Program-made: the position numbers and the translations under genes
Virus record (IMG/VR): IMGVR_UViG_3300025751_003547
Span: 1-30,830 of that record
Direction: 5' to 3' (one strand)
DNA length: 30,830 nt
Source of the DNA: a virus
Taxonomy: Duplodnaviria; Caudoviricetes
Shown: positions 16,740 through 27,411 of the stretch, in pieces
Layout: each line of letters begins with the position of its first letter
Numbering within the stretch: the stretch's first letter is position 1
Notes under the pieces: model-generated
The model's database searches: none
The model's input: only the letters and a program-made list of their open reading frames with translations
Told to the model about the DNA's origin: nothing

Positions 16740-18171
16740 AGGTAAAAACAAGTCCCCAAAATCTTTCCATCTGATATCCCATCTCAGGATCTATAGGACA
16801 GAATTCAGACTTTGGTGAGTCAATTGGATCTCGGAGATGCCATGGTATTGGTCCTGTGTTACCCAGAAGTTTTAATGTAAGTTCATCAGGTTCTTCTGGA
16901 CTATACTCAAAGATATCAAAAATGTTTTGATAAAACTCTTTAGATCGTTTCCTGATTTGATCTCTAGAAACACAGAACTGTGCTCCAGAACCAAATTTAA
17001 ATGTCTTTAAGTTTTCTGGTGGTTGATCACCAAAGACTTTCTCAAACGCATACCGTATATTTGGAAAAACTTTATGATATGGTTCACGCTCATAGTCAAA
17101 GTCTCCCTCAACAATTCTAGTAGAAATCCAGAAGAAGTCGGGAATATTTTCATTAGAGTGTAGAATGTAATTTAAATACTCATACAAATTAGGACTATGT
17201 GGATTTAATGGACCTCCTTGTAAAAATATTGTGTAGTCTGCAAGATTATCATAGTTGTTGATAATGTGATACAGATAAGTATGTGATTCTCTACCAATAT
17301 TCTCTAGGCGAATAGACCCCTCAATCTCATCATCACCCTTATTGTAAACAGTGAGATAATCTTTATATTTGTTTGACCAACGCAAATCTTCGTTGTATCT
17401 TGCAACAACGATTTCTAAATAAGACTTTTCCTTATCATCAATCAAATCAGATAACATCTTGAAAAGGATTTCAGTCTTCTTCTGACTGTCAACTTCATAT
17501 CCATTGTGCCACGAACAAGCATTTCTAAAGTGTAAAAACTTTCCACCACAATGCAGTTCAAATCCATATCCACCAGTCAGTTCAGGATCTTGAAGATCAA
17601 TACCCTTATACTCTTCTGGATACTCAACACCAGTATCTTCATACTTCAGACCAGCACGAAGTAGTTTATATGTACCACCGCCAGTATCCAACATTTGACC
17701 ATCTATAGTTTGTGGGAAAAAGTCAAACTCAATATCTTCGACAGAAGATTTCTTACAAAAGAAAAGACCTGGCCAAATATAATTAACATCTCCTCTAGAT
17801 TGAAGACATCCCATGACATCATTATTAAACATCTCTTCAGTGGGATTAAAATCATCAATCAAGAACATATCATGATCCAAGAACAAACCAATACAATCAT
17901 CTTCTTCAGAAAGAATTAAATTTTCATATGCCCACTTTGCAGCCTGTCCATGATAAAAACTCGGAGATCCTCCTGGTTTAGATACATGTAAATGCAGACT
18001 TGCACCATGTTTTTCACAAACTTTTTTAAAATCATCATAGTATTGTTCATCTCTAGTATCATAAGCAACGCTTATAACTAAGTCTCCTACTATGAATTTT
18101 TTTAATGATCGAATCTGATAGTCCAGAAGATCTGGACGATTAAATACACAACAAATTACTTTCGTTTTCAT
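16729..18171 (-). CDS. Two-domain protein: N-terminal GT-A-like domain fused to a DUF3431-like domain
   Basis: FLDHDMF (DxD) in the N-terminal half; IVVARYNEDL, NIGRESHTYLYHI and GAQFCVSRDQI in the C-terminal half. Confidence 0.7.
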   Translation of the reverse strand: MKTKVICCVFNRPDLLDYQIRSLKKFIVGDLVISVAYDTRDEQYYDDFKKVCEKHGASLHLHVSKPGGSPSFYHGQAAKWAYENLILSEEDDCIGLFLDHDMFLIDDFNPTEEMFNNDVMGCLQSRGDVNYIWPGLFFCKKSSVEDIEFDFFPQTIDGQMLDTGGGTYKLLRAGLKYEDTGVEYPEEYKGIDLQDPELTGGYGFELHCGGKFLHFRNACSWHNGYEVDSQKKTEILFKMLSDLIDDKEKSYLEIVVARYNEDLRWSNKYKDYLTVYNKGDDEIEGSIRLENIGRESHTYLYHIINNYDNLADYTIFLQGGPLNPHSPNLYEYLNYILHSNENIPDFFWISTRIVEGDFDYEREPYHKVFPNIRYAFEKVFGDQPPENLKTFKFGSGAQFCVSRDQIRKRSKEFYQNIFDIFEYSPEEPDELTLKLLGNTGPIPWHLRDPIDSPKSEFCPIDPEMGYQMERFWGLVFTYEV

Positions 18172-18851
18172 CTTACAACTCTATAATGAAAATTAAATGT
18201 TTTTAGATTCAAGTTTAATGATCTAAGATAATTGCCTGTTATAAACTCACCATATTTCTCTTTTAGTTTGGAAAGTCTATCTTGATCGCTATATGCTCGA
18301 TTGATGATTTCAAAATTTTTTTCAGTAGATACTAAAATCATTTCATTACAATTTATACCATCATAAGGTTGGCAATACCAATAGTCCCTGTTTATTGCAA
18401 CTTCATCATCCCTAAAAAAAGTCACTGGAGGAGAATCATGTATGAGTATATCAGATCTTATTCTAAAATACAAATCATACCCACTCTTAAAATACTGATC
18501 AACAACTCTTTGCATTTTATAATATTGTGAAGACAGACCCTTCTGATCAAAAGGACTTAATTCCATAATTTTATTCATCTTTTCAGATGTTTCTACTTCA
18601 CCAATACTCTTTACATTAAATGAATTAAAGTAACTATCAATAGTTTTTTTAGTTACTTCAGGAACTTCATAATTTTTTGGGCGGAAGTGCCACCCATCAT
18701 TAATTCTTTCAACCCTATCCCGAGCATCCCAGAAAGAATAAAATACATCAATCTCACATTCAGGATATCTATCCCTAAGCATTTCAATATTTTTATGAAA
18801 TCCATAAAAAAGAGTTCTTACCTTTCCAGAAATATAAAGTGCAATTTTCAT
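18168..18851 (-). CDS. Hypothetical protein, probable GT-like (MKIALYISG.VR ... YFRIRSD)
   Basis: Motif pattern typical of phage glycosylation-island proteins. Confidence 0.7.
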   Translation of the reverse strand: MKIALYISGKVRTLFYGFHKNIEMLRDRYPECEIDVFYSFWDARDRVERINDGWHFRPKNYEVPEVTKKTIDSYFNSFNVKSIGEVETSEKMNKIMELSPFDQKGLSSQYYKMQRVVDQYFKSGYDLYFRIRSDILIHDSPPVTFFRDDEVAINRDYWYCQPYDGINCNEMILVSTEKNFEIINRAYSDQDRLSKLKEKYGEFITGNYLRSLNLNLKTFNFHYRVVR

Positions 18852-19534
18852 AGACTTTCAAGAATACTTTTTACCATATACCCAAGACCTTGCTCTCTTT
18901 CCATACTAGTCATCTGTTCACCAGAGGTTAAATGGTCCGATACTGTATTAACTGACAGTGCCTTCTTACCAAAACGGTTAGCAATACTATAAAGTACATG
19001 AGTTTCCATATCAACTGCAAGAACACCCATCTCAGATAGAGGTTTATACCAATTTTCATCTGGTTGATAAAAGTAATCATTGGACACCATCTGCCCAACA
19101 TACGCTTTGGTATTTATTTTCATGTATTGCTGGAGCATCTGATAATCACAACAAGGTGATAACTTAAATCCAGGAGCAAGTCTTTCAGTCATTGCATTAT
19201 CAGTTGCAGCAGTCATTGCAACTACAACATCCCCAACTTTCAATTGTGGTGCAATACCACCACAACTACCAACTCTTACAATACTTTGAACACCATAGAT
19301 ATTAAAAAGTTCATGTGCATAGATTCCAAGACTAGCTTGTCCCATTCCACTTGCTTGGACAGATATTTTTTTATCCTTATAAATTCCAGTGTATCCAAGA
19401 CAATTACGAACTGAATTAACTTGAATTACCTGATCTAAAAATGTTTCTACAATCCATTTTGCTCTCAATGGATCACCTGGCATCAATACTGTGCTGGCAT
19501 AAGCATCTTTTTGTGCTTCAAGATGTGGAGTCAT
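18848..19534 (-). CDS. deoD: Purine nucleoside phosphorylase, DeoD type
   Basis: TPH, VLMPGDPLRA, SGMG, RVGSCGG, AVDMET and TVSDH motifs. Confidence 0.9.
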   Translation of the reverse strand: MTPHLEAQKDAYASTVLMPGDPLRAKWIVETFLDQVIQVNSVRNCLGYTGIYKDKKISVQASGMGQASLGIYAHELFNIYGVQSIVRVGSCGGIAPQLKVGDVVVAMTAATDNAMTERLAPGFKLSPCCDYQMLQQYMKINTKAYVGQMVSNDYFYQPDENWYKPLSEMGVLAVDMETHVLYSIANRFGKKALSVNTVSDHLTSGEQMTSMEREQGLGYMVKSILESL

Positions 19535-20102
19535 TATTAATTATTTGATAAACTTCTTTCCAATTTTTTACACGAAGTCCAGTCCATTCTTTATTGTATG
19601 GATGATCCATGATGATGCTATTTAGACCCACTCTTAGACCAGATTCCGCATTACTAACAGAATCTTCAATCCAATAATACTTCTTATCTTTATATCTATC
19701 AAAAAGATATTGCTCTTTCCCAACAGTAAAATCTAGGGCACAATCAATAAAGTCAAAAACATCACCAAACAAATGAATCAAATTGTCCTTTCTTAATTTC
19801 TGAGCATACTTATCTTTATCAAGACAACTTATAACCTCAAACTTCCAACCAAGTTCATTTAATTTCTTTACATACTCAACAGAGTCCCGAAATGCAGGAA
19901 TAAATCCTACACAACCAGACTCGTTGAATCTCTTTATTTGTAAATATGCTTCCTGTTCAGTGATACCAAAACGCAAAGTTTGAGTGTAATGATTAGATGT
20001 ATTCTCTACTCTCTTGTATCCATGTTCACCCATCCACACATCAAAAGCATATGCCCAATCAAGAAGAACGCCATCACAATCAACTATTATCCGTTTATCC
20101 AT
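19518..20102 (-). CDS. HAD-superfamily hydrolase (5'-nucleotidase-like / T4 30.2-like)
   Basis: DCDGVL motif I; WIEDS motif; start placed at MDKR. Confidence 0.8.
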   Translation of the reverse strand: MDKRIIVDCDGVLLDWAYAFDVWMGEHGYKRVENTSNHYTQTLRFGITEQEAYLQIKRFNESGCVGFIPAFRDSVEYVKKLNELGWKFEVISCLDKDKYAQKLRKDNLIHLFGDVFDFIDCALDFTVGKEQYLFDRYKDKKYYWIEDSVSNAESGLRVGLNSIIMDHPYNKEWTGLRVKNWKEVYQIINNDSTS

Positions 20103-20806
20103 TTGTATATTTGATCCCAAGTTCCGAGGTCAACATAATCTTCAACTTCAATTGCTCTAGAGTTATATAGAGGTGTGTTTTTAATCTCACCAACCAACTG
20201 TCGATGATTGAGAGTTGATTTCTCCATAAACTCAATACACTGAGTAAACACTCTTTTTCTAAAAGCAAATGCTGTCCAGAAAGCATTAAATCTAGAATGA
20301 TTCTCCTGAGGTTTATCTTCATACTCTTGAACCAGATCGTTATTAATACACAAAGCTCCTTTGGTTCTTAACATATCAGGACTACTCTCGCGCTTATAGA
20401 AGAAGGTAAATCCAGTTTCATTAAGACTATCGCTGACAAGATCCAGAATATCCTGAGAAGACTTCATCTTCATAAAAGTATCTGGAAGAAGAACCAGATT
20501 CTTTTCACCAAATAAGTGACTGGCACTCTTGATTGATCCTGTATATTCTATCTCTGCTGGATTGAAGTAAGTAAAAGAGATATTGTATCTGGACTTATAT
20601 CTGCTCAAATACTTAATAAGTTCAGTTTTGTTTTCGTTGAGTGTAACGACAAACTCAACATCTCTTCGCCCGTAGTTAGAGAATAAATCAAAACTATAAT
20701 CAATTAAAGATTTATTCTTTTCAATAGAATGAATCTCTTTTGGATATGGTAAAGATAATCTTGTTCCTTCACCAGCACAAGGAAGAATAACAGTGAGATT
20801 AGACAT
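20087..20806 (-). CDS. Sugar-phosphate nucleotidyltransferase
   Basis: VILPCAGEGTRL..P.PK and YVDLGT motifs; start placed at MSNL. Confidence 0.85.
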   Translation of the reverse strand: MSNLTVILPCAGEGTRLSLPYPKEIHSIEKNKSLIDYSFDLFSNYGRRDVEFVVTLNENKTELIKYLSRYKSRYNISFTYFNPAEIEYTGSIKSASHLFGEKNLVLLPDTFMKMKSSQDILDLVSDSLNETGFTFFYKRESSPDMLRTKGALCINNDLVQEYEDKPQENHSRFNAFWTAFAFRKRVFTQCIEFMEKSTLNHRQLVGEIKNTPLYNSRAIEVEDYVDLGTWDQIYKWING

Positions 20807-21707
20807 TTTGTGTTGCAACCCACTCTTCAAGTTTTACAGATGGTTGCCATCCAAAAGTTTTACAAAGTTTTTGATTATTAGCAAGACTTAAACGCGCTTC
20901 TGCTGGGCGTGGTGGAATATTTACAGTATTATCTGAAATCATTGCAGCAAGATCATTTACAGAATAATTTACACCACAACCGACATTATAAACTTGTCCA
21001 AATGCATCCTCTTCAGGATTACTAATTGCTGCCATGATATTAGCATTTACAACATCACCAACGTATGTAAAGTCCCTACGTTGCTCCCCATCACCCACAA
21101 TTGTTAAAGGTTCACCAGCAGCACGTTGTCTCAAAAAGATCCCTACAACAGGCGCATACTGCCCTCTGAGAGGTTGACGTTCTCCATATACATTAAAGTA
21201 TCGGAAGATAACAGTAGGAAGTCCATATAAATCTGTATACATTGAACAAAGTTTTTCTCCATTTGTTTTGGATATTGAATATGGATTCAAACAATCATCG
21301 GGTTGAGTCTCCACATTAGGAAGTTCATTTTTCAATCCATAAGCAGAAGAAGTGGAAGAATACATAACACGTTTTACACCAGCCTCTCTTGCACACTGAA
21401 GAACTGTACATGTTCCAACAGAATTAATACTTACCGCTTCAATGGGATTTTTAATAGCAGGTTGAATACGTGCTTCTGCAGCAATATGAAACACATAGTC
21501 TACTCCATCATAGAGAGGACGTGTGTTTTCATAATCACGAATATCATACTGATAGTTTGATACTTTTTCACTCTCATTCCAATAAAATTGATCATGAGCA
21601 TCAGAGTACTCATTATCAATTACAACAACTTCATGACCGAGTAAAAGAAGACGGTCTACAAGATTAGATCCAATAAAACCTGCGCCGCCAGTTACTAAAG
21701 ATTTCAT
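20799..21707 (-). CDS. NAD-dependent nucleotide-sugar epimerase/dehydratase
   Basis: TGGAGFIG, YSISK (YxxxK), RYFNVYG and RDFTYV motifs. Confidence 0.93.
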   Translation of the reverse strand: MKSLVTGGAGFIGSNLVDRLLLLGHEVVVIDNEYSDAHDQFYWNESEKVSNYQYDIRDYENTRPLYDGVDYVFHIAAEARIQPAIKNPIEAVSINSVGTCTVLQCAREAGVKRVMYSSTSSAYGLKNELPNVETQPDDCLNPYSISKTNGEKLCSMYTDLYGLPTVIFRYFNVYGERQPLRGQYAPVVGIFLRQRAAGEPLTIVGDGEQRRDFTYVGDVVNANIMAAISNPEEDAFGQVYNVGCGVNYSVNDLAAMISDNTVNIPPRPAEARLSLANNQKLCKTFGWQPSVKLEEWVATQNV

Positions 21708-22345
21708 ACAATTCGTTCTGGTAAAAAATAATTTGAATAATATTTAAAACATTCACTAGTTGGATATGACGTTAATTTTCCCCGCGTTCCATTTGAACTA
21801 GATTGACAAAATAGGGGAGAATCAAAACTATAGACATTGTAATGTTTTTGAACATCAGTAAATCCAACGTCTATATATCCTTCAGTCTTAAATTGGTGAT
21901 ATGCTATTTTTGTACATACTGACACATACTCATCAGATAAGTATAGAATAGCATGAGTACCCAGCATATTATACACCCTTAACATATCATCGTCAATAAT
22001 ATCATATTGAACAAAAGGACCAGAGTGTCCATTCATTCTACCCCAAGATGATATTCCAAGATATACCGCATCTGCATCATCTGGAAAACATATTTGTGGA
22101 TCGAAATCATAAACTTCAGCATCATCCTCGATAATGATGAAAGGTGGATCGATCTCCTTTAATGCATTGTGATGAGCCATAGAACATCCACCTCTATTCC
22201 CAGATGAATGTAAAAATCCAGGAGACCTGATAATATTTTTAAATCCTAACTCACCTAAAGATTTTTCTATCTTTTCTTTTTTATCAACATCTTTATCCAA
22301 ATTGATGTAGATTATTGGTATCTCTCTAAGATCTAAGCTCTGCAT
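21704..22345 (-). CDS. Glycosyltransferase, GT25-like
   Basis: IYINLD, GCSMAH, IIEDD and GTHAILY motifs. Confidence 0.7.
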   Translation of the reverse strand: MQSLDLREIPIIYINLDKDVDKKEKIEKSLGELGFKNIIRSPGFLHSSGNRGGCSMAHHNALKEIDPPFIIIEDDAEVYDFDPQICFPDDADAVYLGISSWGRMNGHSGPFVQYDIIDDDMLRVYNMLGTHAILYLSDEYVSVCTKIAYHQFKTEGYIDVGFTDVQKHYNVYSFDSPLFCQSSSNGTRGKLTSYPTSECFKYYSNYFLPERIV

Positions 22346-23024
22346 GATTTTTCTTAAGTGCAATAATTGTAGGATTTTTATAAGGATACTGTTGTGATCC
22401 TATAAACTCCTCAGCAAAACAATAGTTTGGATTCAATGAAAGGGTGGGTGGATTATCAATCAAATATCGATTCATTTGAGATTCATCGTGCCATAAGGCA
22501 ATCACATCATTTCTCAAATCTTCATTAACTCTATCAGCAATAACTTCCGCCATGGCAATAAAATTTTTAGTTTTTCCACCATTAAATCCGCCAGCATAGT
22601 AATATTCACCCTCTTCACCTTCAGGAACATACGCTAAGCATTTAGGATTTCTATCATAAGATCTTTTTTCCTTTGGATAAAAAGATTGATAAGGATGCAT
22701 TGTTGCAACTAAATCATCAAGAATTTCTTCTCCAACAGGTGCATCAATTCTCATATCAGCATCAAGGTAAAAACAATAGTCATGTTCAAGGATAAAATCT
22801 TTCTCTTTGACAAAATAATTATATCTTTTCAAAGTTGGTATTGGCCAAGGCTCGTGTTCTATTTGATGAACACGAACATTGTCAGAAGTTTCTACTTCAT
22901 GATCAGTAAATAAAAGACAATTTACTTCTGCTTCTGGAATAAATTTTTCTGCAATATCACTATAAAGCTTCTCAACAAAACGGAGATACTTATTCGTAGC
23001 AATTGTTAAAATACAAATTTTCAT
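22326..23024 (-). CDS. Glycosyltransferase family 6 (ABO-like alpha-1,3-GalNAc/Gal transferase)
   Basis: IATNKY, YLDADM (DxD), YYAGGFNGG and ALWHDESQMNRY match GT6 motifs. Confidence 0.9.
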   Translation of the reverse strand: MKICILTIATNKYLRFVEKLYSDIAEKFIPEAEVNCLLFTDHEVETSDNVRVHQIEHEPWPIPTLKRYNYFVKEKDFILEHDYCFYLDADMRIDAPVGEEILDDLVATMHPYQSFYPKEKRSYDRNPKCLAYVPEGEEGEYYYAGGFNGGKTKNFIAMAEVIADRVNEDLRNDVIALWHDESQMNRYLIDNPPTLSLNPNYCFAEEFIGSQQYPYKNPTIIALKKNHAELRS

Positions 23025-23030
23025 TTTTTC

Positions 23031-23819
23031 TCATATAATTTTCCAATGTTCACAGTATATATCATCAGTGATATAACCCTTTAATGAACCACCAAACCAA
23101 TTTGAAGGTGCTATAGTTTTTTTACTGTTAGATAACCATGATCCCCACCAAGAAAAAGTAGAATTGCATATAATGTGATAACTACACATTGTCATTAAAC
23201 ACATATCAACAAAACAATTATTGGATTCAGAAATTAAAAATCTATCTCCAGAAAATATCTGTTGTTTTTTTGCCCACTGAACATCGTCAGTAAAAACTAA
23301 AACTATATTATCTTTAGGAAGAAGATCTAATGCATTTATATAATATTCAATGTCTTGTACTGGATGATTTGGATTTGTAACATAATCATCTCTTCTAATA
23401 TGGAGAGAAATAACATCAGATGACTCTAAAGAATCAAACAAATCTTTAGATGGATTAAAAATTTCTGGAATAAAAGTAAAATCTTTTTTTATTTCATTCC
23501 CAATATGTTTAAAATATTTTTCACTTTGAAAATATCCATAAAAATCAATATTATCTTTTGGTGGATTTTCAAAAAGATCTTTATCAAAATGAAAATGTTT
23601 TTCCTGAAATATCTTATATGAACTTATTTTTCTATCACAAGTTAGATTAAAACATTCGTCAAATCTACTGCGAAGATTATATCTAGATCCAAATGTTTCT
23701 GGTGGAGCTATTTTAAATGGTCTGGAATGTTTGTTGGATATACCCTTTAAAAAAGAATACTGGAACATCTGATTACCAAGATGTCCCAGATTACCAATAT
23801 GATTAAATGAAAAGCTCAT
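23031..23819 (-). CDS. Glycosyltransferase family 11 (alpha-1,2-fucosyl/colitosyltransferase)
   Basis: GHLGNQMFQY, GYFQSEKYF, SLHIRRDDY and NSTFSWWG motifs. Confidence 0.92.
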   Translation of the reverse strand: MSFSFNHIGNLGHLGNQMFQYSFLKGISNKHSRPFKIAPPETFGSRYNLRSRFDECFNLTCDRKISSYKIFQEKHFHFDKDLFENPPKDNIDFYGYFQSEKYFKHIGNEIKKDFTFIPEIFNPSKDLFDSLESSDVISLHIRRDDYVTNPNHPVQDIEYYINALDLLPKDNIVLVFTDDVQWAKKQQIFSGDRFLISESNNCFVDMCLMTMCSYHIICNSTFSWWGSWLSNSKKTIAPSNWFGGSLKGYITDDIYCEHWKII

Positions 23820-24979
23820 AATAGAGAAAAAATATCGCTAAGTAAATTTATTTCTTGTTCTCCAATAAAATGATTATTCCCCAAGTAAATTCCATTATAA
23901 TGAACCTTATCAACATTAAGTTCTTTTTTCTGTGTGGTTATAGAATAATCTTTTAGGAATGGTTGCTTGAGTAAATTTCCACCAATAATAGGACGGTGTT
24001 CAATACCATTTTGATCAAAAACTTTTCTCAACCTATGAGCATACCTAACGTCCTTACAAATAATTGGAAAGCAAAAATTACTCACTCCCTCATGATACTT
24101 AGGTACATAGAATAAGTTTGGATACTTTTCCAACAAAGAAATAAACATTAAATAATTTTCATTTCTTTTTTCAATATATGAATCAAGTCTCTTCAATTGA
24201 GATAGTCCAAGAACTGCACTAAGTTCATCATTTCTAAAATTATATCCATCAGTGACAAATAAAAATTGTTTAGAAATATCTGGATACATCTCTTTATATC
24301 GATCAAACATTTCAGATTCCCTTGCAAGACCATGAGAACGTTTGATTCTCATCAAATCATATAGTTCATAATTGTTAGTGGAAACTATTCCACCTTCAAT
24401 TGTAGACATATGATGTCCAAAATAAAAACTAAAAGTTGCTCCAATACTATCAGATCCTACTTTAGTTCCATCAGGATTTTTACATCCATGAGACTCGCAT
24501 ACATCATCAATAATTAAAGCATTTGGAAATAATTCAGAATACTTACTACTATTTGCAGGAAATCCTATCAAATGTGTTGTAAAAATTAATTTAATATCTG
24601 GATGTTCTTTTGCAATGTACTGCAAATCTTCTTCACAAAAACTAAAATTATTCAAATTAATATCACAAAAAATTGGTGTAAATCCCAACTGAATAACTGG
24701 AGCAATATTTGTTACCCAAGTATCTGCGGGTACCAATACTTTATCACCATCTTTTAATCCATAATATTCTTTTACTGATGCCAGTAAAAGATAATTTGCG
24801 GTACTTCCAGAAGAAACAAACAATGAATGTTTACAACCCAACCAATTTGACCATTCCTTCTCAAAACTCCTAACTTTCCCACCATTAGTAAAACGATCAG
24901 AAGTTAATACAAACTTTGCTAGATTATACCTATCACCTAAGGTGATATTATTTTTCATCAAAGGCCACTTAAATTGCAT
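23816..24979 (-). CDS. DegT/DnrJ-family PLP enzyme, probable GDP-4-keto-6-deoxymannose 3-dehydratase (ColD-like)
   Basis: VSSGSTAN, DVCESHG and FSFYFGHHMSTIEGG with His at the usual Schiff-base Lys position; start placed at MQFKWPL. Confidence 0.8.
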   Translation of the reverse strand: MQFKWPLMKNNITLGDRYNLAKFVLTSDRFTNGGKVRSFEKEWSNWLGCKHSLFVSSGSTANYLLLASVKEYYGLKDGDKVLVPADTWVTNIAPVIQLGFTPIFCDINLNNFSFCEEDLQYIAKEHPDIKLIFTTHLIGFPANSSKYSELFPNALIIDDVCESHGCKNPDGTKVGSDSIGATFSFYFGHHMSTIEGGIVSTNNYELYDLMRIKRSHGLARESEMFDRYKEMYPDISKQFLFVTDGYNFRNDELSAVLGLSQLKRLDSYIEKRNENYLMFISLLEKYPNLFYVPKYHEGVSNFCFPIICKDVRYAHRLRKVFDQNGIEHRPIIGGNLLKQPFLKDYSITTQKKELNVDKVHYNGIYLGNNHFIGEQEINLLSDIFSLL

Positions 24980-25901
24980 TTTTCTTATACCAATCGTATG
25001 TTTGTGAAATTCCATCAGATAAACTAATTTTTGGAGTCCAACCAAGATTCTTTATAATATCAACATTTAAAACTTTTCTTGGGGTTCCATTTGGTTTTGT
25101 TATATCCCAATCAATATCACGATTATATCCAACAATACTTGAAGTCATTTCAGCAAGTTCTCTAATCGTTATATCTTCACCTGTACCAACATTTATATGA
25201 TCAGGTTTATCATATTTTTTCATAGCAACATAACATGCCTCTGCAAGATCATCTACATGTAAAAACTCTCTTTTAGCAGATCCATCTCCCCACATCTTTA
25301 CTTCATAATATTCGCTATGAGAAATTGCTTTATGAAACTTAGCAATCATTGCAGGTAAAACATGAGAAGTTTTTAAATCAAAATTGTCATTAGGACCATA
25401 AAGATTTGTGGGCATCAAAGAAATTGCATTAAACCCATATTGTTGAGCATACGCTTGACACATTTTCACACCAGTGATCTTAGCAATAGCATACCCATCA
25501 TTTGTAGGTTCAAGAGGACCAGATAACAATTGATCTTCTGTAATTGGTTGGTGTGCATACTTAGGATAAATGCAAGAAGATCCTAAGAAAAGAAATTTCT
25601 TAACGCCAAATTTGTGAGAGTATTTAATTAAATTAGTTTGTATCTCTAAATTATCTGTAATAAAATCTGCTTTATATTTTTTATTTGCCATGATGCCACC
25701 AACTTTAGCAGCAGCATCAAAGACATATTCTGGTTTATGAGTTTTAAAAAAATGAGAGGTTTGAATTTGACTAGTCAAATCAACTTCATTTCTAGTTATA
25801 GGAATAATATTTGTATATCCCTTTTCTTTTAAATTTCTAATGATAGCAGATCCAACCATTCCGTTGGCACCTGCAACTACAATTTTAGAATTACTGTCCA
25901 T
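24969..25901 (-). CDS. fcl: GDP-L-fucose synthase / GDP-colitose synthase (Fcl/WcaG/ColC)
   Basis: [31 protein letters not shown] and [11 protein letters not shown] motifs. Confidence 0.93.
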   Translation of the reverse strand: MDSNSKIVVAGANGMVGSAIIRNLKEKGYTNIIPITRNEVDLTSQIQTSHFFKTHKPEYVFDAAAKVGGIMANKKYKADFITDNLEIQTNLIKYSHKFGVKKFLFLGSSCIYPKYAHQPITEDQLLSGPLEPTNDGYAIAKITGVKMCQAYAQQYGFNAISLMPTNLYGPNDNFDLKTSHVLPAMIAKFHKAISHSEYYEVKMWGDGSAKREFLHVDDLAEACYVAMKKYDKPDHINVGTGEDITIRELAEMTSSIVGYNRDIDWDITKPNGTPRKVLNVDIIKNLGWTPKISLSDGISQTYDWYKKNAI

Positions 25902-26892
25902 AGATACACATGTCCTCAATCAGTTCATCAAAAGAAATTTTAGGTTCCCATCCTAATTGTTTTTTAGCTTTTGAAGCATCACCAAGTAGTGTTTCTACTT
26001 CAGCAGGGCGAAAATATTTATCACTAACTCTAATTACAGTTCTCTTAGTATTTTTATCAATACCAACTTCATCAAGTCCTTCACCTTCCCATACAATATT
26101 CATACCAAAATAAGGAGCAGCCTTTTCAACAAATTCCCTAACTGAATATTGCTGCCCAGTTGCAATAACATAATCATCAGCAGTTTCTTGTTGAAGCATT
26201 AACCACATTGCTTCAACAAAATCTTTAGCGTGACCCCAGTCACGCATGGCATTCAAGTTTCCGAGATTAAGTACGTCCTGTTGCCCAACTGAAATTCGTG
26301 AAAGTCCTCTAGTGATTTTTCTCGTGACAAAAGTTTCTCCTCTTCTAGAGGATTCATGATTGAAAAGAATTCCAGAACTTGCATGTAGTCCATACGATTC
26401 TCGGTAGTTTCGGACAATCCAGTATCCGTATACTTTTGCAACTCCATAAGGCGATCTTGGATAGAAGGGTGTTTTTTCACTTTGTGGTATTTCTTGAACT
26501 TTACCAAACATTTCAGATGTTGATGCTTGATATATTCTAGTTTTAGATTCCATTCCCAATAGGCGAACCGCTTCCAAAATACGAAGAGTTCCTAGCCCAT
26601 CAACCATTCCTGTATATTCAGGAATCTCAAAAGACACTTTTACATGACTTTGAGCACCTAAATTATATATTTCATCTGGTTGTACTAATTGAATAACACG
26701 AACAAGATTAGTAGAGTCTGTTAGATCACCGTAATGTAATTTAATACTATCATAAATGTGATCGATTCTATGGGTATTAATGAGAGATGCTCTCCTAACA
26801 ATTCCATGAACTTCGTATCCTTTAGACAAAAGAAGTTCTGCTAGGTAAGATCCATCTTGCCCAGTAATACCAGTAATTAAAGCAACTTTCAT
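25891..26892 (-). CDS. gmd: GDP-mannose 4,6-dehydratase
   Basis: [32 protein letters not shown] and [10 protein letters not shown] motifs. Confidence 0.97.
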   Translation of the reverse strand: MKVALITGITGQDGSYLAELLLSKGYEVHGIVRRASLINTHRIDHIYDSIKLHYGDLTDSTNLVRVIQLVQPDEIYNLGAQSHVKVSFEIPEYTGMVDGLGTLRILEAVRLLGMESKTRIYQASTSEMFGKVQEIPQSEKTPFYPRSPYGVAKVYGYWIVRNYRESYGLHASSGILFNHESSRRGETFVTRKITRGLSRISVGQQDVLNLGNLNAMRDWGHAKDFVEAMWLMLQQETADDYVIATGQQYSVREFVEKAAPYFGMNIVWEGEGLDEVGIDKNTKRTVIRVSDKYFRPAEVETLLGDASKAKKQLGWEPKISFDELIEDMCIYGQ

Positions 26893-26894
26893 AA

Positions 26895-27170
26895 CTAAAA
26901 TTTAATTATATCTTTTACATAGCAGGGGACCCTATCTGGGTCCAACCATTTGGCATATTCAATATCTTCAATAGCAAGCAACATTTGATCTCCATTATCA
27001 AACAAATAAACATCAGAGTATTTTTTAGTATACTCGTTTGCTTTTTGCATACGAAAATCAGGATTTCCATTTAACTGAATGTATCCTTTTTGAACAAATC
27101 GATAAGGAAATCTTTCATGAATAATGGTAGTTTTTACCGAAGCAACAGATTTACAATCAAGATCGTTCAA
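26895..27170 (-). CDS. Hypothetical cyanophage protein; start uncertain
   Basis: ORF track (TTG start coupled to the upstream stop). Confidence 0.7.
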   Translation of the reverse strand: MNDLDCKSVASVKTTIIHERFPYRFVQKGYIQLNGNPDFRMQKANEYTKKYSDVYLFDNGDQMLLAIEDIEYAKWLDPDRVPCYVKDIIKF

Positions 27171-27388
27171 GATGCAACCTCCGCAGATTCAAGATCTTGA
27201 AAGATATATTCCATCAACATTTCATAATCATCGAGAGGATCCCCAGAGAAAACTACTCCTTCGGTCTCATAATACCGTCGAACTTTTTTATAAAGTTTGG
27301 GATTCTTCACATCAAGGAAAAAAACACCATTGGATGCATCACGAAGGATAGCAATATCTTTGGATTTGAATTTTTCAGTCAGTGCCAT
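27167..27388 (-). CDS. Hypothetical cyanophage protein, 73 aa
   Basis: ORF track; first gene after a sigma70 promoter. Confidence 0.8.
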   Translation of the reverse strand: MALTEKFKSKDIAILRDASNGVFFLDVKNPKLYKKVRRYYETEGVVFSGDPLDDYEMLMEYIFQDLESAEVAS

Positions 27389-27411
27389 TGTTTTGGGTTG
27401 TTTACTAGGAC

